A stretch of DNA of 64,000 bases from contig NZ_MWQY01000011.1 of NCBI RefSeq assembly GCF_002087085.1, positions 1 to 64,000 of the forward strand, read 5' to 3'. Of this stretch, positions 1 to 10,566 are shown piece after piece. The number at the start of each line of letters is the position of its first letter. Within the stretch, counting starts at the first letter, position 1. Below the pieces are notes generated by a model that did no database searches, was not told where the DNA came from, and was given only the letters and a program-made list of their open reading frames with translations. A program made the translations under genes and the position numbers.

Positions 1-241
1 TGCCGGAGGAGGTAATAAGGTGTGAGAATATCCTCCAATAGGGGACTTTTTTCTTTACGAAAATATCGAGGCTGAAGGTCTGGGAAGAGAAGCCGACACC
101 GCAGTGAAGGCACCGAAAGCGCTGAATCCTGCCGAAAAGCCGGGAAAAATAGCTGCCGTTTCTTACATACCAGGCAGCAGTTTTTGTGGATAGATGATGG
201 TTCCTGCACTCCTTGTTGGGACAGAAGGGGGGATGAAACAT
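1..241 (-). CDS. IS1-like transposase, N-terminal zinc-ribbon region (runs off window edge)
   Basis: Absent from the ORF track. Manual translation from ATG at 241 gives MFHPPFCPNKECRNHH...WYVRNGSYFSRLFGRIQRFRCLHCGVGFSSQTF. The CPxxxC...NG...QRFRCxxC pattern is InsA/IS1-type. AAGGAG SD upstream; open to position 1. Confidence 0.7.
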   Translation of the reverse strand, partial: MFHPPFCPNKECRNHHLSTKTAAWYVRNGSYFSRLFGRIQRFRCLHCGVGFSSQTFSLDIFVKKKVPYWRIFSHLITSSG

Positions 242-246
242 TATAA

Positions 247-300
247 AAACTCCTTTTTTTCAGTGGTTCTACTGCTAAATACCAGTAGAACAAGGAGTTT
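247..300 (-). promoter_or_regulatory. Hairpin that can occlude the transposase Shine-Dalgarno
   Basis: AAACTCCTT (247-255) pairs with AAGGAGTTT (292-300) and GTTCTACTG (266-274) with CAGTAGAAC (283-291). The minus-strand SD lies in the outer stem. Confidence 0.55.
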
Positions 301-329
301 GCTTCAGTTCATCCCCACGGTTCCGAACA

Positions 330-1571
330 CTACACAAGGGTCGCCAGATAATCCTCCACCGTCTCAGCTCTGCGGATCAGTTCCACGGAGCCGTCCTCTT
401 TAAGCAGCAGTTCAGCGGAACGAAGCTTGGCGTTGTAGTTGAAGCCCATGGCATGGCCGTGGGCCCCGGTGTTGTGGATGGCCAGTATGTCCCCGATCTC
501 CACCTCCGGGATTTTCCGGTCAATGGCGAACTTGTCGTTGTTTTCGCAGAGACTGCCGGTAATGTCCGCGATAAAGGTCGCGGGAGCGTCCTCTTTTCCA
601 AGGACTGTAATATGGTGATAGGCACCGTAGAGGGCAGGACGCATCAGGTTGGCCATGGAGGAATCGAGGCCGATGAAGGTCTTGTAGGTCTCCTTGCGAT
701 GGAGCACTTTCGTAACAAGCCAGCCGTAAGGGCCGGTGACCATGCGGCCGCATTCCATTACGATGCGCATCCCATCAAGGCCAGCAGGTTTAATGGTTTT
801 TTCGTATCGTTTTCGTATTCCCTCCGATACGTATTCCAGATCAACCGGTTTTTCCTCCGGCCGGTAGGGAATCCCTATGCCGCCGCCGAGATTGACGAAC
901 TCCAGCTCGATTCCAAGTTCCTTTTTGAGTTCCACTGCGGTGTCGAAGAGGAGCCCTGCGGTTTCGATAAAATAATCGGGGTTCAGCTCGTTGGATGCCA
1001 CCATAGTGTGAAGGGCAAAGCGCTTTGCCCCCAGATCCCGGACCTTCTTGTAGCCTTCGAAGAGCTGGTCCCTGGTAAAGCCGTATTTGGCCTCCGTGGG
1101 TTTTCCGATAATGTCGTTGCCGCTCTTGAGCTCCCCGGGATTATAGCGGAAGCAGATCAGCTCCGGAATCCCGGCATTTTCCTGCAGATAGTCGATGTGG
1201 GAGATGTCGTCCAGGTTGATTACCGCACCCAGTTCTTTTGCCCTGACGTACTCTGTTGCCGGGGTATCGTTGGAGGTGAACATGACCTCCTCTCCGCTTA
1301 TTCCGGCCATTTCGGAGAGTACCAGCTCTGGCAGGGAGGAGCAGTCGGTCCCCATGCCCTCTTCCCTGAGGATCTGTATGATCCGGGGATTCGGCAATGC
1401 CTTGACGGCGAAGTAGTTCCTGAACCCCCCGGGGACCCAGTCGAAGGCCTTGTAAAACCTGCGGGCATTCTCCCGTATGGCCTTTTCGTCGTAGATGTGG
1501 AAAGGAGTGGGGTAGGTATCGATAATTCTTTCAATCTGTTCTTTTGTAAAAGGTACACTCTGATTACTCAT
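330..1571 (-). CDS. lysA: Diaminopimelate decarboxylase
   Basis: PLP lysine motif YFAVKALPN, VNLGGGIG, ECGRMV, GSLCENND, GAHGHAMGFNYN. Confidence 0.93.
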   Translation of the reverse strand: MSNQSVPFTKEQIERIIDTYPTPFHIYDEKAIRENARRFYKAFDWVPGGFRNYFAVKALPNPRIIQILREEGMGTDCSSLPELVLSEMAGISGEEVMFTSNDTPATEYVRAKELGAVINLDDISHIDYLQENAGIPELICFRYNPGELKSGNDIIGKPTEAKYGFTRDQLFEGYKKVRDLGAKRFALHTMVASNELNPDYFIETAGLLFDTAVELKKELGIELEFVNLGGGIGIPYRPEEKPVDLEYVSEGIRKRYEKTIKPAGLDGMRIVMECGRMVTGPYGWLVTKVLHRKETYKTFIGLDSSMANLMRPALYGAYHHITVLGKEDAPATFIADITGSLCENNDKFAIDRKIPEVEIGDILAIHNTGAHGHAMGFNYNAKLRSAELLLKEDGSVELIRRAETVEDYLATLV

Positions 1572-1631
1572 GATAATCCGTCCTTGTCGTTATTTCTGAC
1601 TGTTAAACAGTACGAATGCCCGATGTAATGG

Positions 1632-2543
1632 TCAAGCGGCAGCCGGTTTGGGCTTGAGCCGCGGGTTCGATCCTATCCTGACCGCGCTGATTACCACCAC
1701 ACCGCTGATGATCTGGACCGGGGAGAGGGTTTCGGCGAGGATCATCCAGCCGAGAAAAGCGGTAACCACGGGGATAAGATTGATAAACAGGGAAGCCCTG
1801 GCGGCCGGCACGTTCCTCTGACCGTAGTTGTAGAGGCCGAAGCCCCCGAAGGTAACGAATACCCCCAGAAAAAGAACCGATACCAGTACCGGTCCTGTCC
1901 AGACCTGAAAGGGAAGAGCAGGCAGCCCTGCGGCAGCGGGAAGAAAAAAGAAGAAGCCCGCAAGAATCTGGTAGGCCGTCAGGGACCAGGTGCTGTAGCG
2001 CCCGGAAAGGTGCTTTATGAGGATAAAATTCCCCGCCGCCATTACCATTGCCAGAAACTCGAGGACGTTTCCCAGCATGGGATTCGCCGCGGAACCGGCG
2101 GAGTCCTCGTTCCCCCCCAGGGTAAGCCCCACAACCCCGGCAACGCTCAGGGCCAGGGCGAGCCATTGTCGGGGACTCATGGGCTCCTTTAAAAAGAGCA
2201 TGGCCCCCAGGGCAACCAGAATCGGAACAATGGAGGAGATTATCCCCGCCTGACTGGCTGTGGTCAGGGTAAGGGCGGTGGACTCGCAGAGAAAATAGAG
2301 GCAGGGCTGCAGCAGCACCATGGGAAGCAGATAGTAGAGGTCCCTGGTTTGAAAACCAGAACTTATGAAGATTCGATAAAAGGGCAGCAGGATGAGCAGG
2401 GTTATAGCCATCCTGAGCCAGACAACCAGCCCCGGAGGAATTACCGCGACGGCAATGCGCATGGCGATAAATGAGCCTGCCCAGAGAAGAACCGCCCCGG
2501 TGAGGGCAAGATAGGGCAGAGATGTGGATACCTTTGTGTTCAT
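1632..2543 (-). CDS. DMT/EamA family transporter
   Basis: 303 aa, about 10 TM segments in two EamA repeats (LLWAGSF..., ASLFINLIPV...ILAETL). Confidence 0.88.
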   Translation of the reverse strand: MNTKVSTSLPYLALTGAVLLWAGSFIAMRIAVAVIPPGLVVWLRMAITLLILLPFYRIFISSGFQTRDLYYLLPMVLLQPCLYFLCESTALTLTTASQAGIISSIVPILVALGAMLFLKEPMSPRQWLALALSVAGVVGLTLGGNEDSAGSAANPMLGNVLEFLAMVMAAGNFILIKHLSGRYSTWSLTAYQILAGFFFFLPAAAGLPALPFQVWTGPVLVSVLFLGVFVTFGGFGLYNYGQRNVPAARASLFINLIPVVTAFLGWMILAETLSPVQIISGVVVISAVRIGSNPRLKPKPAAA

Positions 2544-2744
2544 GACGCTACTATAGCAAAAAAGATCTTTTTGAGCTTGGAAAATATTGCGGGTATCGCT
2601 AAAACCGTGGCATTTTTTCCATAGTCAAAAAGGAAGATTTTGTAGTGCCTGTAAATTCATGTAGCGACAAGAGTTGCGGATCGCGACAAATCTTGACGAC
2701 GCAGGATATGGGAAAAGAGTAGATTTTAGAGGTGCCCTTGCGCT

Positions 2745-3584
2745 TTAATCCAGGGTACCTTTCCTGTAGGCGGAGGGGGAGATTCCCGTATAGGCGTGGA
2801 AGGTATTTGAAAAATGGCTCTGATCGTAGAAACCCAGTGCCAGGGCGGTATCCGTCAGGGAACTGCCTGATCTGAGCAGTCTCTTCGCAATGCCGATCCT
2901 CTGCTGGGTACGGTAGACGTGGGGTGAGAGTCCGTAGGCCTTTTTAAAGGAACGGATAAAATGATAGGGGCTCATGCCTGCTTCCGACGCAATTCCGGCA
3001 AGGCTGAGTTTCTCCTCCAGATCTCCCCGCAGAAGTTCTGCGCCCCTCTTCAGGCCGGGATGTTCCACAAAGGGAGGCAGTTTCAACGCCTTTTTGCGTT
3101 CGGCCCTGGGCAGGAGAAGAGCGGTCAGCTCGTAGAGGAGCTCCTCTTTGCCCAGAGGACTGATCCTGTCGGTAATACCGCTGTAGGCCCGGATAAGCCG
3201 GGATTGCTCCAGAGGGGAGGCCTGAAAGGTAAGGGGAAACTCCGGGGGGCTCGGGATCCCCTCCTCAATCTCTTCCGCCAGGGAGCAGAATCGTTTTGCG
3301 TTGATGGAGAGCATCCGGTAGCTCACCCGGGAGCCGGAGACGGGGACGCCGGAATGGACCTGCCCCGGATTGATAACGAAGAAACTGCCGGGAGAGGCCA
3401 GGCTGTCCTCCCGCTCAGGTCCGTAACAGTAGGTTGCTCCATTCTCAATCAGCCCTAGAATGTAGTAGGTTTCGTGGGAGTGCTTGGGAAAGACGTGGGA
3501 ACTGGACAGCACGCTCATCACGGCTACCCCTGATTCATGGTCGGTATATTTAAAATCCACGGAATCCCGTTTGTCCCGAAGCAT
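2745..3584 (-). CDS. AraC family transcriptional regulator (cupin plus double HTH)
   Basis: FPKHSHETY cupin; GMSPYHFIRSFKKAYGLSPH and GFYDQSHFSNTF. Start placed at ATG 3584 because the longer ORF extends into the MITE. Confidence 0.88.
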   Translation of the reverse strand: MLRDKRDSVDFKYTDHESGVAVMSVLSSSHVFPKHSHETYYILGLIENGATYCYGPEREDSLASPGSFFVINPGQVHSGVPVSGSRVSYRMLSINAKRFCSLAEEIEEGIPSPPEFPLTFQASPLEQSRLIRAYSGITDRISPLGKEELLYELTALLLPRAERKKALKLPPFVEHPGLKRGAELLRGDLEEKLSLAGIASEAGMSPYHFIRSFKKAYGLSPHVYRTQQRIGIAKRLLRSGSSLTDTALALGFYDQSHFSNTFHAYTGISPSAYRKGTLD

Positions 3585-3633
3585 GCAAGGAGTATAGCAG
3601 CTTTTTATGCTCCTTTTAAGGGAAATATGTAAA

Positions 3634-3782
3634 TACTGTTCCGAACCGTGGGGATGGACATCGATCAAAGTATTTTCTGGTAGAGGATTATCTGCTTATT
3701 TATACCGTATTAAGTTTTTTTCCTCAAATTACGGTAGTTCACGATCACCACAACGGTTTTATCCCCACAGTTCGAAACACTA
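3634..3782. mobile_element. Putative MITE (149 bp) with the same terminal repeats as the IS at 1-332
   Basis: Left end TACTGTTCCGAACCGTGGGGATGGA (3634-3658) and right end TTTATCCCCACAGTTCGAAACACTA (3758-3782) are imperfect inverted repeats. AT-rich non-coding interior. Confidence 0.65.
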
Positions 3783-3864
3783 TGAAATGTTTACATCGGA
3801 AAAGGAATTTTTCTTGACAAACCACCCCTCCTTGGTACCTTTCTAGTAGGCGGTGCTGCACTTG

Positions 3865-5352
3865 ATGAAAAAAACGCTCCTGTTTACGGTATTGCTGTTT
3901 GTTTTCCTTAGTTTTTCCCTGGCGGCTGAAGGGGCCTGGGTTGTTCCCATCGAGGGTGACATCGAGGCCTCCACGGTGATTTTTATTCGCCGGGGTATCC
4001 AGCAGGCTAAAAACGCCGGGGCTGACACGATTATCTTTCGAATCAACACCTTTGGCGGCAGGGTTGACTCGGCCCTGCAGATTGCGACCCTGATCGGCGC
4101 GGTTGACAATGCAAGGACGGTGGCCTTTGTCCCCGCCGCTGCGGAGGGACTGGGGGTAAGCTGGTCCGCCGGTGCGCTGATCTCCTTTGCCTGCTCGGAA
4201 ATATACATGGCTCCCGGCACCTCCATCGGTGCGGCGGCACCGGTGTACCAGACCGCCGAGGGAATGGAGATGGCCCCGGAAAAGAGTGTCAGCGCGGTCC
4301 GGACCCAGCTCGCGGCCCTGGCGGAGAAGAACGGCTACCCTGTGGGGGTGGCGCTGGCCATGGTGGATGCGGATATTGTACTGCAGGAAATCTCTGTCGA
4401 CGGGGAGCTACAGCTGGTAACGGGTGAAGAACTTCCCCAGTTGAAGCGCCAGGCGGAAAAGGAGGGTCGCTCCTTCGAAGAGGGCCTTGTCCTGGTGGAA
4501 AAGGAGAAGCTCCTGACCCTTACTGCGGGGCAGATGGAAAAGTACGGTATCTCCTCCGGTACCGTTGCCGATGTTGACGGGCTGGCAGTCCTCCTGGGTC
4601 ACGACGGGAAAGCCCTGGAATACCAGACCTACGATCCCTTTGACCGTTTCGTCATTTTTATTACCTCCGCGGGTGTGGTCAGCCTCCTGATGCTAATCGG
4701 CCTGGTGGCTACCTACCTGGAGATAACCTCCCCCGGTTTCGGTATTCCCGGTACCGTGGCGATCCTGGCATACTCGGTAGTGTTTCTGGGAAGTGCATTG
4801 ATAGGATACTTCGACTCTTTTGAGCTGATTCTGCTTCTGGTGGGGATTGCCCTGCTGGCGGTGGAGATCTTTATTATTCCCGGTTTCGGAGCTGCGGGGA
4901 TCGGCGGAATTGTCTGCATTGCCGCGGCGCTGATCTTTTCCCAGCAGGATTTCATAGTCCCTGAGTTTTCCTGGCAGACGGATATCCTGCTGAAGAACGC
5001 TGCCCGGATAGGGCTGATTTTCCTTGGTTCCTTTACCATCTTCGGGCTTACCCTTTTTGTCGTCCCGCGGACCGGAATTTTCCGTCGCCTCGTGCTGGGC
5101 CCCGCCGGATCCGGTTCTTCTGCAGTTGCAGCCGGCGCGGATACAAGCCCTGAAGCTGAGACTCCGGGAGGTTTAATTCGCACCGGAGATCAGGGAGAAG
5201 CGATCTCCGAGCTGCGTCCCGCCGGGACAGCCCGCATATCCGGCCGGCGCGTCAGTGTCCAGACCCAGGGAGAGTTCCTTGAGGCCGGGACCCGGGTCGA
5301 GGTTCTCGAGGTTTGGGGCAGCCGGATCGTCGTCAGGGAGCGGAAGGCATGA
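3865..5352 (+). CDS. nfeD: NfeD/YqeZ-type membrane-bound ClpP-class serine protease
   Basis: INTFGGRVDSA, SWSAGALIS, GTSIGAAAPV, a TM bundle and a C-terminal OB domain (LRPAGTARI...QTQGEFL). Alternative GTG start at 3853. Confidence 0.87.
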   Translation: MKKTLLFTVLLFVFLSFSLAAEGAWVVPIEGDIEASTVIFIRRGIQQAKNAGADTIIFRINTFGGRVDSALQIATLIGAVDNARTVAFVPAAAEGLGVSWSAGALISFACSEIYMAPGTSIGAAAPVYQTAEGMEMAPEKSVSAVRTQLAALAEKNGYPVGVALAMVDADIVLQEISVDGELQLVTGEELPQLKRQAEKEGRSFEEGLVLVEKEKLLTLTAGQMEKYGISSGTVADVDGLAVLLGHDGKALEYQTYDPFDRFVIFITSAGVVSLLMLIGLVATYLEITSPGFGIPGTVAILAYSVVFLGSALIGYFDSFELILLLVGIALLAVEIFIIPGFGAAGIGGIVCIAAALIFSQQDFIVPEFSWQTDILLKNAARIGLIFLGSFTIFGLTLFVVPRTGIFRRLVLGPAGSGSSAVAAGADTSPEAETPGGLIRTGDQGEAISELRPAGTARISGRRVSVQTQGEFLEAGTRVEVLEVWGSRIVVRERKA

Positions 5353-5864
5353 TTATTCCCCTGGTTTTGTCCCTGGTAGGGATTATAGCCATAATAGCCG
5401 AGTTTTTTATTCCCTCCGCCGGTCTGATCGGGTTAGGAGGGATGGGGGCAATTATTGTTTCCATAGTAATGGTCTTTCGGGAATCCGGCTCTCTTTACGG
5501 ATTTATTTTTCTTTTCGCCAATCTCGTTATTGTACCGACCATAATTATCGCCTACTGGAAGCATTTCCCGCGAAGCTTCATGGGGCGTCGGCTGATACTC
5601 TCTCCGGGACCGCCGGGTGGAAACAGGGATTCTGCCGGGGAACAGCCATCCCTTGAAGCCGGGGTCGAAGGGCGTGCGCTGACCTTCCTGCGGCCCGCCG
5701 GTACGGGAGTCTTTGGGGACAAAAGGGTTTCGGTCCTTACCGACGGGGAGTTTCTGGATAAGGACTGCCCTATTCGTATTATCAGAATAGAAGGTAACAG
5801 GGTCTTCGTCGAAGCGGCGGGACCTGAGGAAAATACAAACATGCATAAGGAGCAACAAACATGA
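5349..5864 (+). CDS. Short NfeD-family protein (TM plus OB-fold)
   Basis: [21 protein letters not shown]...[13 protein letters not shown] overlap with the upstream nfeD. Confidence 0.85.
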   Translation: MIIPLVLSLVGIIAIIAEFFIPSAGLIGLGGMGAIIVSIVMVFRESGSLYGFIFLFANLVIVPTIIIAYWKHFPRSFMGRRLILSPGPPGGNRDSAGEQPSLEAGVEGRALTFLRPAGTGVFGDKRVSVLTDGEFLDKDCPIRIIRIEGNRVFVEAAGPEENTNMHKEQQT

Positions 5865-6847
5865 TACTGGTAATTTACGTTGTGCTGGGCCTGGTCATTC
5901 TCGCCCTGCTGGCGGTTTTTCTCAAATTCTTCGGGCTCTGGTTCCGGGCCCTCCTTTCCGGTGCCTACGTGGGCATGGGAAGGCTCATCGGTATGTGGAT
6001 CAGGAGGGTAAAGATCTCCACCATAGTGGACTCCCGCATTATGCTGTCCAAGGGCGGTATCGATGTCCACTCTGACCTGCTGGAGACCCATTTCCTGGCC
6101 GGCGGCGATGTTATCCGGGTAAGCAAGGCCCTGATCGCCGCCCTGAAGGCGGACATTCCCTTGAGCTTTGACCGGGCCGCCGCCATCGATCTGGCGGGAA
6201 GGGACGTCCTGGAGGCGGTTAAAACCAGCGTCAACCCCAAGGTAATCGACTGTCCGAATCCGGAAACCGGCAAGACCACCATCGACGCGGTGGCCAAGGA
6301 CGGCATACAGCTCAGGGCAAAGGCCCGGGTAACCGTGCGGGCCAACCTGGAGCGGCTGATCGGAGGCGCCAAGGAGGAGACCATCGTGGCCAGGGTCGGG
6401 GAAGGAATCGTTACCACCATCGGTTCTTCCGAGACCTACGCCCATGTGCTTGAAAACCCGGACCAGATATCCAAGACCGTACTGGGAAAGGGGCTGGATG
6501 CGGGGACCGCCTTCGAGATTCTCTCCATCGATATTGCCGATGTGGATGTGGGCTCCAACGTTGGTGCCAAGCTGCAGGCCGACCAGGCGGAGGCGGACAA
6601 ACGGCGCTTCCAGGCAGTGGCGGAGCAGCGGCGGGCGGCGGCCCAGGCCCGGGAGCAGGAGATGGTTGCCCTGGTTCAGGAAAACCGTGCCAAGGTAGTG
6701 CTGGCGGAGGCGGAGATTCCCAAAGCCATTGCAGAAGCCTTCAAGAGCGGAAATCTCGGCGTAATGGATTACTACCGGATAAAGAATATTCAGGCGGATA
6801 CCCAGATGAGGGAATCCATCGGCGGCGAAGATTCCCGGCCCGAATAG
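5861..6847 (+). CDS. floA: Flotillin-like protein FloA (YqfA)
   Basis: [46 protein letters not shown] are signatures of the YqfA family. Confidence 0.92.
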   Translation: MILVIYVVLGLVILALLAVFLKFFGLWFRALLSGAYVGMGRLIGMWIRRVKISTIVDSRIMLSKGGIDVHSDLLETHFLAGGDVIRVSKALIAALKADIPLSFDRAAAIDLAGRDVLEAVKTSVNPKVIDCPNPETGKTTIDAVAKDGIQLRAKARVTVRANLERLIGGAKEETIVARVGEGIVTTIGSSETYAHVLENPDQISKTVLGKGLDAGTAFEILSIDIADVDVGSNVGAKLQADQAEADKRRFQAVAEQRRAAAQAREQEMVALVQENRAKVVLAEAEIPKAIAEAFKSGNLGVMDYYRIKNIQADTQMRESIGGEDSRPE

Positions 6848-6871
6848 TGCTGAAAAAGGACAGGTCCCGCC

Positions 6872-7426
6872 ATGAGATTCGGTGAACTTTTCGAGCTTCT
6901 TATTACCCTTCTCATTTTTCTCGTCATCTGGATTCTACCGAGGATCATGGCCGCCCGGGCGGCGGACAGAAAGCGCAGGAAAAGAAGCGGCGTAAAAACG
7001 GCTGTCGGAAAGACCCCTGAAGCTGTCTCCAAAAGCTCCCCGGAGCCGAAAAAGAGCTGGTCGAAGGAGATCTTCTCCAAACTGATTGATGATTCTTTTT
7101 TCGAAACAGACAGGAAGAAGGCATCCCCCGGGACCAAGGTTCCCGGGGATGTACGGCAGGAAATAATAATCCCGGAAACCCCGGCGGAACCTGTTTCCGT
7201 ATTTGAAGAGGAAATGCTGGAAAACGAAGGCGGGGAGTCTGAAGATACGATGCCTTTGGGGCAGGAATATCAGTGGGACCAGGAGAAAAGACCCCTCTCC
7301 GAGCTGAAACCCGAACAGCCCAGGGTTGTTTCCTCACCGCGCAGGCGCAGTGCCCTGCAGAAGGTGATCATCTGGAAGGAAGTGCTTGATTCGCCGAAGG
7401 CTCTACGGAGGGATCCCTTCCCGTGA
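6872..7426 (+). CDS. Single-TM hypothetical protein (YqfB-like position)
   Basis: N-terminal TM, charged low-complexity middle, C-terminal LQKVIIWKEVLDSPKALR motif typical of genes following floA. Confidence 0.7.
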   Translation: MRFGELFELLITLLIFLVIWILPRIMAARAADRKRRKRSGVKTAVGKTPEAVSKSSPEPKKSWSKEIFSKLIDDSFFETDRKKASPGTKVPGDVRQEIIIPETPAEPVSVFEEEMLENEGGESEDTMPLGQEYQWDQEKRPLSELKPEQPRVVSSPRRRSALQKVIIWKEVLDSPKALRRDPFP

Positions 7427-7442
7427 TGATTCCGGGGACCTG

Positions 7443-8195
7443 ATGCTTATAGCGCATATTACGGACCTGCATATCGCCGGGGAGGGAGAATACCCCTACG
7501 ATGTCGATGTAAGGTCGCGGTTTGTCCGTGTCCTTGAGGACCTCACTTCCCACGAGCCTGAGCTGCTGGTTCTGGGGGGAGATCTCTGTTACCGGGAAGG
7601 CAGCAGGTCCGTCTATCTCTGGATCCGGGAACGACTCGAGATGCAGGGGATTCCCTATCTGCTTATTCCCGGAAACCACGATGACACAAGCCTAATGGCA
7701 CAGGTTTTCGGCCTGGAGAACCGGCTTGTCGAGGGCCGATACTATTTCAGCCGCGATCTGGAAGGCAGAAGGGTCCTCTTTCTTGATACCGCAGACGACA
7801 GTCTCTCGGAAGACCAGATAGTGTATCTGGAAAAGGAACTCGCCGCAGCCGGAAACGGGGAGCTCCTGATATTCATGCACCATCCTCCGGTTCTGTCAGG
7901 GGTCTACTACATGGACCTCAAGTATCCCCTGCTGAACAGCGGCAGGGTTGGTCCTCTCCTGGCGGAATCACGGGCCCGGGTGACGGTTTTCTGCGGTCAC
8001 TATCACGTGGAAAAGTCTGTTATGATGGGGAATCTGAGGGTCTTTATTACCCCGTCGATCTTCGTACAGATCGATCAGGAGGCCCGGAGCTTTGCCGTGG
8101 ACCACCGGGGTTTCGGATGGCGGAAGATCCGGCTGGACCAGGGGATACTGTGGACAACGGTACGCTATATTTCTGAGGAGAGGAGAGAGAATTAG
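7443..8195 (+). CDS. Metallophosphoesterase (CpdA/Icc-like)
   Basis: HITDLH, GGDL, PGNHDD, MHHPP and CGHYH calcineurin-like motifs. Confidence 0.87.
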   Translation: MLIAHITDLHIAGEGEYPYDVDVRSRFVRVLEDLTSHEPELLVLGGDLCYREGSRSVYLWIRERLEMQGIPYLLIPGNHDDTSLMAQVFGLENRLVEGRYYFSRDLEGRRVLFLDTADDSLSEDQIVYLEKELAAAGNGELLIFMHHPPVLSGVYYMDLKYPLLNSGRVGPLLAESRARVTVFCGHYHVEKSVMMGNLRVFITPSIFVQIDQEARSFAVDHRGFGWRKIRLDQGILWTTVRYISEERREN

Positions 8196-9059
8196 GTGAA
8201 ATTTATAGGAGCCCATGTCAGCGCCGCAGGAGGTGTCTTCAATGCCCCTGCAAACGCCCTGGAGATAGGCGCCAATGCCTTTGCCCTGTTTACTAAGAAC
8301 CAGCGTCAGTGGAAGTCGAAACCCCTGACGGAGAAGGAGATCACCGCTTTCAGGGAGGCGCTGAAGGATTCGGGAATCAGTCCTGAACAGGTGCTGCCCC
8401 ACGACTCCTACCTGATCAACCTGGGAAACCCTGATCCTGAAAAGCGTCAGAAAAGCCTCGATGCCTTTGTGGATGAACTTCATCGGGTGGAGCAGCTGGG
8501 GCTTTCCCTTCTGAATTTTCATCCCGGAAGCGGTCTCAACGAGGTGGATGAAGATGAGTGCCTGAAGCTGATAGCCGATTCCATGAACCAGGCCATGGAA
8601 CGGACCGGCAGCGCCGTCCTGGTAATAGAGAATACCTCCGGCCAGGGAAGCGCGGTGGGTTACCGCTTTGAACACCTGGCCCGGCTGATTGAACTGGTTG
8701 ATACAAAGGAACGGGTGGGGGTCTGTCTCGACACCTGCCATGCCTTCGCTGCCGGCTATGATTTTCGCAGTCCGGAAGCCTACGGGAAGACCATGTCCGA
8801 TTTTGATGATACAGTCGGGTTCTCCCGGCTCAAGGGGATGCACCTGAACGACGCCAAATCTGCCTTCGGCAGCAGGGTAGATCGGCACGCCAGCCTGGGG
8901 GAGGGAAATATCGGCTGGGAAGGTTTCCGCAATATCATGCGGGACCCTCGGACCGATGGTATCCCCCTTATTCTTGAGACCATCGAGCCCGAACGCTGGG
9001 CTGAAGAGATACGGACCCTCAGGTCCTTCGCGGAGAGTGACAGTGGAAGAAACAGCTAA
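8196..9059 (+). CDS. nfo: Endonuclease IV
   Basis: [48 protein letters not shown]. Confidence 0.95.
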   Translation: MKFIGAHVSAAGGVFNAPANALEIGANAFALFTKNQRQWKSKPLTEKEITAFREALKDSGISPEQVLPHDSYLINLGNPDPEKRQKSLDAFVDELHRVEQLGLSLLNFHPGSGLNEVDEDECLKLIADSMNQAMERTGSAVLVIENTSGQGSAVGYRFEHLARLIELVDTKERVGVCLDTCHAFAAGYDFRSPEAYGKTMSDFDDTVGFSRLKGMHLNDAKSAFGSRVDRHASLGEGNIGWEGFRNIMRDPRTDGIPLILETIEPERWAEEIRTLRSFAESDSGRNS

Positions 9060-10566
9060 TCTGGAGGAGTGGTTCAGCTCTTTCCGGAAGGGCATCATCG
9101 GCATAGACACCCGGATCGATACTCCCCGGGGGAGCCGTCCCCTGGTATACGCCGACTGGATAGCCTCGGGTCGGCTCTACGGCCCCATCGAGGACCGTAT
9201 CCGGAACGAAATCGGCCCCCTTGTGGGGAATACCCATTCCGAGTCCTCCACCACCGGCCGTGCCATGACCGCCGCCTACCGGGAGGCCCACAGCATCCTG
9301 AAGCGCCACGTTAACGCCGGACCTGAGGATGTGATCATAACCGCAGGCGCGGGAATGACCGCAGTTGTAAACAAGCTGCAGCGTATCCTCGGCATCCGTT
9401 ACCCCGAGCGATTCCGGGACCTGAGCCGGGGGCTTCCCGAACGGCACGCCGGGGGGGCCTGCGACGATGAGTGTCCGGTGGTTTTCGTTACCCACATGGA
9501 ACACCACTCCAACCACATCTCCTGGCTGGAGACCGAGGCGGAGGTTGTCGTGCTGCCCCCGGACGATAAGCTGGAGGTCGATCCGGCGGCTCTGGAACGG
9601 GAACTTGAACGCTATGCCCGCCGTCCCCTGAAGATAGGCGCCTTTTCCGCCTGCTCGAATGTTACCGGACTCTTCCCGCCCTACCGGGAGCTTGCCAGGA
9701 TAATGCACCGCCACGGCGGGCTGGCCTTTGTCGATTTCGCGGCCTCCGCCCCTTACGTACCCATGGATATGCACCCCGCAAACGATCCCCTGGGCTACCT
9801 GGACGGGGTCTTCTTCTCCCCCCACAAATTTCTGGGTGGTCCTGGGAGCTCGGGAGTCATGGTCTTCAACTCCGGGATCTACCATAATCTGGTGCCTGAC
9901 AATCCCGGAGGCGGGACTGTAACCTGGACCAATCGCTGGGGAGAGCGCAGCTACGTTACGGATATCGAAGCCCGGGAAGACGGGGGAACCCCCGGTTTCC
10001 TGCAGGCCATTCGGGCAGCTCTGGCTGTACGCCTGAAGGAGGAGATGGATCCGGCGAGGATAAAAGCCAGGGAAGAGGAACTCGTGGGCAGAGCCATGAA
10101 AGAGATGCGTACAATACCCGGTCTTCACATCCTGGCAGATAACGACAAACCGAGGATAGGAGTTATTTCATTTTACATGGAGGGGCTGCATCACAATCTG
10201 CTTGTGCGGCTTTTGAACGACTATTACGGTATTCAGTCCCGGGGAGGCTGCTCCTGCGCCGGGACCTACGGCCATTTTCTGCTCCACGTGAGCAGGGAGC
10301 TCTCCCGGACAATCACCCGGGAAATCGACTCGGGGAATCTCAGCCACAAGCCGGGCTGGGTGCGGATATCCCTGCATCCTACCATGACCGATGCCGAACT
10401 CGACTACCTGCTCGGAGCTTTACGGGAGCTCCGGTCCAACTATGAAGAGTGGGGAGCGGGATACCGTTTTGACCGGACAAGCGGAGAATACTACGCCCTC
10501 GAGGATCCTGATGGAGCAGTAAAAACCGAATCGGCCCTAAACCTGGCCGGGTTCCCCCTGCTCTGA
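9043..10566 (+). CDS. Class V PLP-dependent aminotransferase / cysteine desulfurase-like protein
   Basis: [50 protein letters not shown]. Probable GTG start at 9043. Confidence 0.87.
   Translation: MEETANLEEWFSSFRKGIIGIDTRIDTPRGSRPLVYADWIASGRLYGPIEDRIRNEIGPLVGNTHSESSTTGRAMTAAYREAHSILKRHVNAGPEDVIITAGAGMTAVVNKLQRILGIRYPERFRDLSRGLPERHAGGACDDECPVVFVTHMEHHSNHISWLETEAEVVVLPPDDKLEVDPAALERELERYARRPLKIGAFSACSNVTGLFPPYRELARIMHRHGGLAFVDFAASAPYVPMDMHPANDPLGYLDGVFFSPHKFLGGPGSSGVMVFNSGIYHNLVPDNPGGGTVTWTNRWGERSYVTDIEAREDGGTPGFLQAIRAALAVRLKEEMDPARIKAREEELVGRAMKEMRTIPGLHILADNDKPRIGVISFYMEGLHHNLLVRLLNDYYGIQSRGGCSCAGTYGHFLLHVSRELSRTITREIDSGNLSHKPGWVRISLHPTMTDAELDYLLGALRELRSNYEEWGAGYRFDRTSGEYYALEDPDGAVKTESALNLAGFPLL

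Larger units (their letters stand above)
1..332 (-). mobile_element. Left end of an insertion sequence (25-bp terminal repeat at 308-332 plus transposase start)
   Basis: TTCATCCCCACGGTTCCGAACACTA (308-332) recurs as an inverted pair at 3634-3658 and 3758-3782, and lies about 70 bp upstream of the transposase-like ORF. Confidence 0.65.

Noticed and set aside
2660..2702. Two GCGACAA-NNN-TTG motifs between araC and eamA
   Set aside because: Too degenerate to call an operator or IS end, and there is no cognate gene nearby.
3759..3769. TTATCCCCACA as a DnaA box or origin
   Set aside because: It is not an exact box, it is isolated, and it is explained by the MITE terminal repeat.
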